A DNA stretch of 64,000 nt from Rebecca billardiae RCC1528. Its lineage: Eukaryota; Protista; Haptophyta. The translations under genes and the position numbers were made by a program. Of this stretch, positions 13,301 through 24,151 are shown piece after piece. Within the stretch, counting starts at the first letter, position 1. Every line of letters begins with the position of its first letter. The stretch covers positions 434,001-498,000 of the forward strand of contig OZ251247.1 of assembly GCA_965240325.2 (NCBI GenBank), read 5' to 3'. The notes under the pieces are model-generated. The model was not told where the DNA came from, searched no databases, and saw nothing but the letters and a program-made list of their open reading frames with translations.

Positions 13301-14400
13301 GACCACCGCCGCCGCGTGCACCGCGCCGCCGCGCGCTCGGCCCCGCGCGCGCATGCGCACGCGCGCCGCACGCGCGCACGCACGCACGCGCACACGCCTG
13401 CGCGCATGCGCGCGTGTCCGCAGGGCAAGGGCTTCACCGTGGCGCGCGCGCTGGGCGACCTGGCCGTCTCCACCGCCGGGATGTCTGCGGAGCCGGAGGT
13501 CACTCTCACGGTATGGCCTCCGGCCGCGCGCGCTGCCTCCGGCCGAGCTGTATTTGTTTTCTGTGTTTTTTTATCTGGTGGGTGTGTGTGTGTGTGGTTG
13601 TGTGCGCCTGCGCGTGCTGATGCCGCGCGTTGGCTCTGTGTTGGCGGCTGCTGCCCGCGGAGGCCACCCAGCTGACAGACTGCGCTGCCCTGCGCAACCG
13701 AGACTCTTGCGGCGCCGCTGCCGCCCGCTGCCGCGCGCGCCGCGTCGCCCGCGCGCGCACGCACCCGCCCGCCCTCACCGCGTCCCCGCCCGGCGGCGTG
13801 GCGGCGTGCTCCGGCGCGGCCCCTCGCAAACCCGACCCATTCCCTCACCCCTCCGCCCGCCCGCAGGCGGCGCGCTCCGAGCCCTCGTTCCTGTGCGTCG
13901 CCTCGGACGGCGTGTGGGAGGTGGTGAGTCCGGATGAGGTGGCAGCCATCGTGAACTGCCACCTGGCGCCTCAGAGCATGGCGGCGGACGAGGCGCCGGC
14001 GGCAGCCATCGTCGCGAGCGCGGACGGCGACGCCGCCGACGCGCCGGCGGCCGCGGAGGCGCGCGCGGGTGCTGCCGGGGCGCACTCGCCGGCGGCGTCC
14101 GACGCGCTGGCGGCAGCGCCCGCAGCCGCGGCCGACGCCGGCGGCCCGGCAGCAGCCGACGCGCCACCACCGCCGTTGAGCGCAGTGGCGGCGGCGCCAG
14201 CGGAGCCCGCTGAGGACGCGGCGCGCGCGGCGGCGATGGCGGTGGTGCGCGAGGCGCAGGCGCGCTGGGCGCGCGTGGATAACAGCTACAGGGACGACAT
14301 CACGGCGGTCGTGCTCCGCCTGCCCCTGCCGCCGCCGCCGGCGTCAGCAGGGCCGCCGGCAGCGGCCGCAGAGCCGGCTGTGACGGACCACGGAGAGTGA
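9167..14400 (+). CDS. PP2C (PPM-type) Ser/Thr protein phosphatase with long low-complexity insertions
   Basis: Approximate exons 9167-9298, 9503-9658, 9781-9862, 10217-11948, 12082-13036, 13424-13510, 13867-14400. PP2C motifs in order: NQDR, GVLDGHG, SGCT, ANLGDSRAVL, LSRDH, ARALGD, SAEPEV, ASDGVWEV, DDITAVV. Extra introns inside the long exons are possible. Confidence 0.9.
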
Positions 14401-15749
14401 TGTAGTCAGTTGACGTACGTACGATCATCATGGTGACGGTGGCCCGCAGGAGTCTGATCATCACTACGGCGGTCGGTCGCTCTGGCGGATAGACTACTCG
14501 GTTGCTGGGCCGCGCGCGCTGCACTGCTATGCCGCGGCACAGTACTCAGTAGTGCCGTATACGTACTGGCTCCGAGTGATATACTAGCAGCAGCGCCGCG
14601 CGACGGCCGTATATAGTCAGAGAGTATATATATATACCCGGCGCGGTCCGAGCCGGTCACTGGCTCGTTATTCGGTCCGAGCGGCTGACACGGCGAGTGC
14701 GGAGTAGTGAGACAGCCTGTGAGTGCCGCGCCGTCTGACACTTTAAGCACGCGGCGGCCCGCCGATTCTGCACGCGCGGGCCCGGGTCGTCGTCCACCGC
14801 AGCCGGCGCGCAGCCATCGGCCGGAGGTCAGCATCATGCATGCGCTGATGGTATATTGCCGCGAGTGCCCGCGCGCGCAGCCCGCATCGGCGGTCGATCG
14901 CGCAGATGACTGCTGATGAGAAGCGCCGTGTGCTGATAACGCGCGAGATCGGCGGCGGAGATGACGACTACGCAAATCGCGAGCCGATGAGTCACGTGCT
15001 GCGCTGACAGGATTGCGAGCGAGATATCGCGAGTTGGCGAATAATATGCTGAACGTTTGTCCCTGCACGCCGCAGCAGCGCCAGCCGCAGCCGCAGCAAG
15101 CCAGCTGATGTGCGCACTAATCAGGCATCTGGGTCAACCAGGTCCCCTGACTGAGTCAGCTGCGCTGCCCATCTCAAATGGGCCTCAACGGCGGCGCTGA
15201 CGTGGCTGTCAGCCAATCAACCATATCACTTATCCAACTGCTGATGATCAGCATATGGAATAGAGATGAGCAGACCCTATGCCTTGCCTGCCGCCTTAAG
15301 CGGAGGCTTGCATGGGATTAGAGGGATGAGGCATTGCCAGGAACGGACGGCCCCTCCGCCCGCATTCATCCTGCCGACCGGCGCTGCGCTGTCGGCAGCA
15401 GCCGCGTCGGCTGGGTGTGAGTGCGGGCGTGTGGCCGCCCTAGCCCCTCCCCTGTCGCCCGCCCTCGGGCGGGCGACCTCGGTGCCGCAGCCCTCAACAG
15501 GCCCAGCACCGCTGCCAGCAGCCCTGCGGACGGCCGCCGACAGGAGGGAGCTGAGCTCACGTCCTGCCGGATCCTATCCGCTGACGGCGTGCCCGGCCAG
15601 GCCGGGCACGCCGCGGGCCGCCAGCCCTGCCCTGCCCTGACACCTGCCCGCCTGGCGTTGATGCCGGCTGCCAGGTGACAGGGCGAGGGCCTGCAGCACG
15701 CTGCAGCGTCCCCGACACCAGCGTGGCCGCGACCATGTACTTGCCCATA

Positions 15750-17000
15750 GTCGACCAGACCTCACAGCGCAAAGCAGCTGCCAAGGCCCAGAACGAGTGC
15801 ACAATGTGGGCCGAGTCGCGCACACCAGAGTAGCCAGTGAGCAGACCTGCCAAGGCACTCGTGTTGACGAGCCTGTGCTTTCGGAAGCGGAAGACCCGGG
15901 GGCGCAGGGCCCCCAGCATGACGGCCATGAATAGGAGAGAGGCCATAGATCGGCGAGAGTCCATCACTGCCCCTGACTAGTGCTGGAAGTGATCCTTCCC
16001 AGAGAGAGCCCTGCTGAACAGAGGCTGCAGGGCGGCCCTGCAGAAGCGGTAAGAAGCCCACTGCAGCTTGCCCAGAAGGCTGCCCATGTCCGACTGTTTG
16101 GCAATGCAACCTGCTGCAAGGATGGATTCGATGGTATCCACCAGCAAAGAGATCCTGTCAGCATGCACGCTGCACCTGAGCTCGCCGCTGCGAGCAAAAG
16201 CAGAGAAGTCGTGTATGACCCTTAGGAAGGTTTTCACCAGACTTGGCCTGGTTGACCTGGAAGCCCATAAGGAGGCCCAGGTCCACCAGCAGCCCCTGCC
16301 CTCCTTTCGCAAAGGTGGGCTCACACACAGCAAAGTCCTACTCAAAGTAGTGCCCCACACAGATGGGAAGCGCCAGCACTGCGACCCTGGTGACGAACTC
16401 AGCCAGGCGATTGAATTGGATGACCGCGCTCTTCAGGCCAGAGTTGACCCCTGGAGGCGAAAGAACACCACACGTCAGCGGAATGGGTCCCAGTGCGCGA
16501 GCAACGTGAATCGTGGCTGAGAGCACTGGATCAGGCGATACCCTGCTTCCATGTCCTCGATGCCCAGCATCATAGACCATCCAGAGTGGCCCAGCTGTCC
16601 CAGCACGTCGCTGAACAGGGCAGCCGCCCCTGCCGGGAAATCGCCCAAGGTGCACCGAAGCCGTTCGTGCAACGTTGTACACGAGTTGTGCAAGGAGGCC
16701 TTGGCGTTGTCGCATGGGCTGACCCTGCCGCCTTGTGGCACCCCGCGGCGGATTATGGGCACGCCACTTGTGCCTGCCGAAGAGGCGATCGACGTCTGGC
16801 GACGAGCCGATCTCCGCCGCCCATCAGTCCTGCACCTCCTGCTGGGTGTGGGCCCACAGTGCTTCAAGGACGTCTGCGTGAGCGGCGCCGGCAGCCTGGG
16901 ATTGGAGTTGCTCCTCCACCGCCGCATCCCACCCGGCGTGATCCAGGTCCGCCATGCGGAGGCAGGCGTGCTGCGCATCTGCTCGGAAGACTCCGCTGTC
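15750..17000 (-). pseudogene. Reverse transcriptase / RNase H remnant (DIRS-like), frameshifted and with stops
   Basis: IEDMEAGYRLIQCSQPRFTLLAHWDP (motif A-like); GLKSAVIQFNRLAEFV (motif B-like); GHYFE*DF where YFDD is expected; SLLGKLQWAS; VNTSALAGLLTGYS...HSFWALAAALRCEVW (RNase H-like). Spread over several frames. Boundaries approximate. Confidence 0.8.
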
Positions 17001-17611
17001 CGCGCAATTGCCCACGCACTGGACACCGCAGACCAGATGAAAGCCACATGGGGCTTGCCGACGGTCTTACCATTCCGCGTTCCGAAGACCCGCTCGGGTC
17101 GGCGGATGGAACCCGGTCCGAGCTGACGCAGTTCAGCCGACCAGCCAGACAGGCTGTCCGCCACCTCTCACGGTGTGGAACCAAGCCAGTCGGGCGTCGT
17201 GGACCGAGGTGCCTCTTGGTGCACAGATCCACGAGGCCGCCGCGCGCATGTCGAGTGCCAGGCCGAGCACAGGCGCGTTGAAGGGGTGCTCCATCTGGCA
17301 CGCGGCCTCGATCCTGGGAGTGCCACTGCTGCTGCTTGAGCGTCGGCCGCTGGTATGCGGTGGCCACCACCAGGCCTGGGATGACCGACGTCGCCGCCTG
17401 GTGGACGGGCGGCCGGCGCATAACGTCGCGTTGCGCGCGCACCGCCTCCCGGCGCTGTGCGTCCGCTGCGACGCCGAACTCACCGGCCGCCATGCCGCAT
17501 GTGCGGACGGCCGATCCGGGACCGAAAGACCCCGGGTGTCCGGGGTGCGCAGGGTCACCGTGCGGCCGGGGCCGCGGGCGGGAAATCAGCCGCCGCGCAA
17601 CGAGCGCCCCG

Positions 17612-18600
17612 ATGGCAGCCGTCCCCAACCCCGCCGACGCGCCGCTGGCGCCCGACGAATTGGCGGCCGCAGTGGCGCGCGCTCGCGCGAACGCGGTGGC
17701 GGCGGTGAAACTCGCCTTGGACGCCACCGGCGCCGAGCCGGCGCCGGGTGCGTCGCGCACGCGCGGCCCGCCGCGCTGCTGCCGTCAGGGGCTGCGGGCA
17801 CGCGGCCTGCCGCCTGCTGCAGCTGCTCGGGGTCGCCGGCGCCGAGAGCGACCGCGGCCTGACGAACCAGGTGATCGAGACGCTGAGGACGGCGCCCGCC
17901 CCGGGCGACGGCCCGTGGGCGGACGCCTTCGAGAGCGCGACGCTGGCCGCCCGCAACGGCCAAGTCGAAGTGACGATCAGCCGATCGGTCGGCGGAGCAG
18001 CGGGAGATGTCAACGATCACCGCCGCCGCCATGCCGACGTTGGCGCCCGCAACACTGCCGCCGCCGCGTGACGAGGCGCCTCGGCTCCGGCGGGAGCCAT
18101 CGCGGCCCACGAAGGACGAGAAGCCCCAGCAGCTGCTGACCAAAGGCTGCGTGTGGCAGGAGGCCCACCTTGTCAACGACCAGACCGTCTCGATCGTCCT
18201 GCTGCCCGGGCCGCTCAACGCCTCGAAGAAGCTCCCCGGGCACTCGGAGAGATCTCCGGCGGCCAAGTGCCGCCGTTCCCGCAGTTCTCGGACGTCCTCG
18301 CCGCCGGGGCATCCGTGCCATCGCCGGAGGGGCGTGAGCAGTGCGCGTGCCCTGCTCCCTGAGCACATGGTGCTGGACGAGGTGAACGACACGGCCCTCG
18401 TGCCAGCGCTCCGAGACGACCAGTCACGGGCGTGTGCCACTCGTTCCAGCGGAGCGGCAGCTGCCCCAAGGTGGGGTGCCGCTTCCTCCATGTGCAGCAG
18501 AAGCAAAGCCGAAGGCTGGCGACGGCCGCGGGAAGCGCAAGGCAGGGTCAGACTCAGGTGGGGATCACACGTCCAATGATGAGTAGACGATATGACTGCA
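17612..18600 (+). pseudogene. Gag-like ORF remnant with CCCH zinc finger
   Basis: Frameshifted coding-like segments (MAAVPNPADAP..., LLQLLGVAGAESDRGLTNQVIETL...) ending near CHSFQRSGSCPKVGCRFLH at ~18435-18491. The gag identity is inferred from its position inside the retroelement. Confidence 0.45.
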
Positions 18601-19574
18601 CTGCAGCTTCCTTGTGTAGGGTGGGTTGGGTGGGACGCGATGCAGCTGCGACTCGGAGCCGCCTGCTGATGCGCTTCCCCTTGCGGCGGCGAGTGCCGCC
18701 TCACCCGGAAGAACATCCGGTCCACTGTGAGTCTGTGCACTGCCGGACCGCGCACGGTCCGGGCACGATGCATGGTGTGCTGTGACCTCTGGTTGTTTGA
18801 GCCATCTTCTGATTAGTAAGCTGCCACCAGCCTTCGGTGTTTATCGCACCACTAATCAGGCATCTGGGTCAACCAGGTCCCCTGACTGAGTCAGCTGCGC
18901 TGCCCATCTCAAATGGGCCTCAACGGCGGCGCTGACGTGGCTGTCAGCCAATCAACCATATCACTTATCCAACTGCTGATGATCAGCATATGGAATAGAG
19001 ATGAGCAGACCCTATGCCTTGCCTGCCGCCTTAAGCGGAGGCTTGCATGGGATTAGAGGGATGAGGCATTGCCAGGAACGGACGGCCCCTCCGCCCGCAT
19101 CCATCCTGCCGACCGGCGCTGCGCTGTCGGCAGCAGCCGCGTCGGCTGGGTGTGAGTGCGGGCGTGTGGCCGCCCTAGCCCCATTGATTGCCCTCCTGGC
19201 CACTGCGGTTGCCCGCACCCGGCGTCATCCCTTCCCATCGCTGCCTCAGATGGCGCACAGGGAGACTGCAGAGGTCTGCTCGGCCACTTCTGGCCTGCTC
19301 GCTGCATAGTATGTATGATGCAGCACAGTGCCGCATGCATCAGTGGAGCATGCGCGCCTGATGGCCATCACCGGCCAGATAGCACCATCAGGTGCTATCT
19401 GCGCTGCCAGTGCCACTGCTGGCACTGGCTGCGGCAGCGGGGGCAGTCCCTTGTTCGAGTAGTCCTGCCTCCCCGCTGGCGAGTCGGTCCATTGACCGCC
19501 GGTGTGCGCAATGGCATGCCCCACCGCTAGTGCGCACGAGTCAGTCCAGCGCACGCGAACTGCTCGAGCCTTGA

Positions 19575-22500
19575 TGCAGGCACCCCTCACCGACTCACGA
19601 AGAGCCGAGTGAGGTAGGCCCGAGCACCAGCTGGCCATCGAGCCACGAGGGCTGAAACCTATCTCCATGAGGAGATAACTGCCCAGAGGGCGCACACGCC
19701 CACTCGGACCGGACCCGCGCCCGCTGCAGCCCAGCTTCAGTATGCAGCGTGAGCCAGTCCTGGTTGCAGGCTGCACTCGGCCAGCCTCACCGACTCCCGG
19801 AGGGCCGACTGAGGGAGGCCAGAGCACCAGCTGGCCATCGAGCCATGAGGGCTGGGCCCTGTCTCCATGAGACAACGCAGCTGCCACGAGGGCACACTCA
19901 TCGGCCCAGACCGTAAGCTGCAGCCACCGCTGCATGCTGCAGTGATGCTGCGCGAGCTTTTCAGCTGCAAGTCGCAGGCATGCAACCCTCACAGACGCAC
20001 GAAGGGTCGAATGAGGTATAAAGGCTGCAGGCAACCCTCACCGACGACTCACGAAGAGCCGACTGAGGGAGGCCCGAGCACCAGCGGGCCATCAAGCCAA
20101 GATGACTGGACCCTGTCTCCATGAGACATGATGGCGGTGGCCACCAGGGCGCACACGCCCAGACCGTCCGCGCGCCGAACAGCACCGCGCAATGTGCTGC
20201 GTGTTAGCGTGAGCTTCCAGGGGTTGCAGGCGGTTGCAGGCAACGCCCTCACCGACTTACGAAGAGCCCGGGACTGAGGTAGGCCCGAGCATCAGCGGGC
20301 CATCGAGCCACACGGGCCTGCCGGGACCGCCCGCGTGTCTCAGCATGAGACCGAACGGCGCCGGCGGCCACCAGGGCACACACGCCCAGACCGTCCGCCG
20401 CGCCTCAGCACCGCAATGTAATGCTGCGTGAGCTTCCAGGTTGCAGGCGGTTGCAGGCAACCCTCACCGACTCACGAAGAGCCCGGGACTGAGGCAGGCC
20501 AGAGCACCAGCGGGCCATCGAGCCACGAGGGCTGGACCCTGTCTCCATGAGACAACGGCGGCGGCCACAAGGGCACACACACCCAAACCGGCCGCTGCAG
20601 CACAGCTGTACGCTGCGTGAGCTTCCCGGTTGCAGGTGCAGGCAACCCTCACCGACTCCCGAAGGACCGACTGTGGTAGGCCAGAGCACCAGCGGGCCAT
20701 CGAGCCACGAGGGCTGGACCCTGTCTCCATGAGACGACGGCGGCGGCCACGAGGGCGCACACGCCCAGACCGTCCGCTGCAGCACCGCGATATGCGGCGT
20801 GAGCTTCCCGGTTGCAGGTTGCAGGCAACCCTCACCGACTCACGAAGAGCCGACTGAGGCAGGCCAGAGCACCAGCGGGCCATCGAGCCACGAGGGCTGG
20901 ACCCTGTCTCCATGAGACAACGGCGGCGGCCACAAGGGCGCACACGCCCAAACCGTCCGCTGCAGCACCGCGATATGCGGCGTGAGCTTCCCGGTTGCAG
21001 GTTGCAGGCAACCCTCACCGACTCACGAAGAGCCGACTGAGGCAGGCCAGAGCACCAGCGAGCCATCGAGCCACGAGGGCTGGACCCTGTCTCCATGAGA
21101 CAACGGCGGCGGCCACAAGGGCACACACACCCAAACCGGCCGCTGCAGCACAGCTGTACGCTGCGTGAGCTTCCCGGTTGCAGGTGCAGGCAACCCTCAC
21201 CGACTCACGAAGGACCGACTGAGGTAGGCCAGAGCACCAGCGGGCCATCGAGCCACGAGGGCTGGACCCTGTCTCCATGAGACGACGGCGGCGGCCACGA
21301 GGGCGCACACGCCCAGACCGTCCGCTGCAGCACCGCGATATGCGGCGTGAGCTTCCCGGTTGCAGGTTGCAGGCAACCCTCACCGACTCACGAAGAGCCG
21401 ACTGAGGCAGGCCAGAGCACCAGCGGGCCATCGAGCCACGAGGGCTGGACCCTGTCTCCATGAGACAACGGCGGCGGCCACAAGGGCGCACACGCCCAAA
21501 CCGGCCGCTGCAGCACCGCGATATGCGGCGTGAGCTTCCCGGTTGCAGGTTGCAGGCAACCCTCACCGACTCACGAAGAGCCGACTGAGGTAGGCCAGAG
21601 CACCAGCGAGCCATCGAGCCACGAGGGCTGGACCCTGTCTCCATGAGACAACGGCGGCGGCCACAAGGGCACACACACCCAAACCGGCCGCTGCAGCACA
21701 GCTGTACGCTGCGTGAGCTTCCCGGTTGCAGGTGCAGGCAACCCTCACCGACTCACGAAGGACCGACTGAGGTAGGCCAGAGCACCAGCGGGCCATCGAG
21801 CCACGAGGGCTAGACCCTGTCTCCATGAGACGACGGCGGCGGCCACGAGGGCGCACACGCCCAGACCGTCCGCTGCAGCACCGCGATATGCGGCGTGAGC
21901 TTCCCGGTTGCAGGTTGCAGGCAACCCTCACCGACTCACGAAGAGCCGACTGAGGCAGGCCAGAGCACCAGCGGGCCATCGAGCCACGAGGGCTGGACCC
22001 TGTCTCCATGAGACGACGGCGGCGGCCACAAGGGCGCACACGCCCAGACCGTCCGCTGCAGCACCGCGATATGCGGCGTGAGCTTCCCGGTTGCAGGTTG
22101 CAGGCAACCCTCACCGACTCACGAAGAGCCGACTGAGGCAGGCCAGAGCACCAGCGGGCCATCGAGCCACGAGGGCTGGACCCTGTCTCCATGAGACAAC
22201 GGCGGCGGCCACAAGGGCGCACACGCCCAAACCGTCCGCTGCAGCACCGCGATATGCGGCGTGAGCTTCCCGGTTGCAGGTTGCAGGCAACCCTCACAGA
22301 CTCCCGAAGGGCCGACTGAGGTAGGCCAGAGCGCCAGCGGGCCATCGAGCCACGAGGGCTGGACCCTGTCTCCATGAGACACCGACGGCGGCCCCGAGGG
22401 CACGCTCGCCCCGACCGTCTGCGGCAGCGCCGCGGAATGCAACGAGCGCTTCTCGGTTGCAGGGTTGCAGGTTGTTGGCAACCCTCGCCGACCCGCGAAG

Positions 22501-22600
22501 AGCCGGCGGTCGGGGGAGGCCCTATCCCCGCGGGCCATCGCGCCACGAGGACTGGGCCATGTCGCTGTGCGAGCCCAGCTGCGGCCCCAAGGGCACGCTC
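19575..22600. repeat. 183-bp tandem satellite with a 548-bp trimeric higher-order repeat, inside the retroelement
   Basis: GCAACCCTCAC anchor at 20457, 20642, 20825, 21008, 21190, 21373, 21556, 21738, 21921, 22104 and 22287, with diverged units on both sides. The CACAGCTGTACGCTG variant recurs every 548 bp. Confidence 0.95.
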
Positions 22601-23506
22601 GCCGAGGCCGTCGCCGCGCCCCCGGGGGGCAACGCAACGCGATGCAGCTGCGACTCGGAGCCGCCTGCTCTGCGACTCGGAGCCGCCTGCTGATGCGCTT
22701 CCCCTTGCGGCGGCGAGTGCCGCCTCACCCGGAAGAACATCCGGTCCACTGTGAGTCTGTGCACTGCCGGACCGCGCACGGTCCGGGCACGATGCATGGT
22801 GTGCTGTGACCTCTGGTTGTTTGAGCCATCTTCTGATTAGTAAGCTGCCACCAGCCTTCGGTGTTTATCGCACCAGAGCGGCAAGCGCGCACGCGGCCGC
22901 GCAGGGCACATGGGGACGACTACTGTACATCACCGCCGGAGCAGAACCCTCCACTCGGCCCAGCGGCTGAGACGGCGCCGTCTGCCATCCGGTCCTGCAC
23001 CCTCGCCCCCGGTGACTACTCATGACTAGGGCGCAGCAGGCCCATATTCAGCGAGCGAGCTGCGCAGCGCAGGTGGATCGCGCTGCGGCGGCTCAAAAAG
23101 TGACGATTAGGTAGACGGCTTCTTGAAGCCGCCGTCTGATGTACGTGCCAATGGAGTACCACACTGGACGATGATGATGATGGATATTTGTACGAGCAGA
23201 CCACTGCGGGCAGCGGCACGAGGGTACGGCCCGGCACGCAGAGTGCGGAGTGGCACTGGTGGAGTCACGCCCGCACTTAGCGTGCAGCAGTGCGGCGCAT
23301 ATGACCCGCCGGCTTCGGATGGGCAAGGCGCCAGCCGAACTGACGACTACTACGTACGAACGCGCGACTGATGAGATCAGCCCAGGCCAGGGCAGGGCAA
23401 GCAGCGACTGCTACGATGACGATGGCTAGTGTTGCGCAGCTCCAATTAGTCTGAGAAAGTGATGACGATGCTGATGACGTTATTATTATTATTATTATTA
23501 TTACTA

Positions 23507-24018
23507 CAGGCAATCGCGGGCAATAAGGAGCTGTCACGTTAAGAAACTGGGGCTTGCTATCTGCGGATCTGGCCTAGAAACTGAGGCTAGCGATTGGCTG
23601 GTTCGCTATACGCATAGTCACACTAAGAAACAGGGACTACGTCGTCCCGGCTGACGAGTGGTCCGCCGAGGGGCGAGGCGCAGTCGGCCCGTCGGGGACG
23701 CGGCGCGCGGCCCGACTACGAGTACAGGCCAAGTCCCGACTTCTCCTGATGACTGACTCCTGGCCAGTGCACCGCAGCATCCATGCAACATCATGATGCC
23801 AGATTTGCTCCAAAAAGGCCCAAAAGATTCGTCGGACTCGCCGGCCGGGCCTAAAGACTCAGCCGGGGGCTCTGCCCCCCTGCGCCCCCCGCGCCTGCGC
23901 GGCGGGCGGACCTAGCTAAGAAACTGAGACTCCGTAGGCGCTCGGGCTACCGAACGGCTAAGAAACCGAGGCTAGATAGCCGTGAGATCTCTGACTTCTT
24001 ATTGCCCGCGATTGCCTG
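23507..24018. mobile_element. MITE, Tc1/mariner-like, copy 2 (inverted relative to copy 1), inserted in a (TAT)n tract
   Basis: Same 21-bp TIR, with TA flanks at 23505-23506 and 24019-24020. The body aligns to the reverse complement of 1542-2085. Confidence 0.9.
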
Positions 24019-24151
24019 TATTATTATTATTATTATTAGTAGTATTATTATATATTTATAATAATAATAATAATAATTCAGTTGCTGGTATTGTCGTTGA
24101 GACTGCCCTGTATGCATAGCGCACATCGATCTACTGCGAGCATCGTCAGCA

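Larger units (their letters stand above)
15115..22875. mobile_element. Decayed DIRS-order retrotransposon with split direct repeats (A...BA...B; PAT/Ngaro/TOC1-like)
   Basis: A1 15115-15447 = A2 18850-19182; B1 18635-18851 = B2 22637-22875; B1 and A2 abut. No TSD, only a shared CA at the left end, the junction and the right end. RT/RNase H remnants lie inside. Confidence 0.8.

Noticed and set aside
2224-14400. Many long overlapping Arg/Ala/Pro-rich ORFs on both strands
   Set aside because: Shadow ORFs caused by extreme GC content and scarcity of stops; only the spliced frames carry domain motifs.
15235-15265. CTGATGA in the A repeat as a hammerhead ribozyme core (Penelope-like element)
   Set aside because: No properly placed GAAA and stems. 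CTGATGA is part of a simple TGCTGA-TGA-TCAGCA hairpin, and the RT motifs look DIRS-like.
20457-22470. CRISPR-like array
   Set aside because: The units are contiguous near-identical 183-mers with no unique spacers; no cas genes; eukaryotic context.
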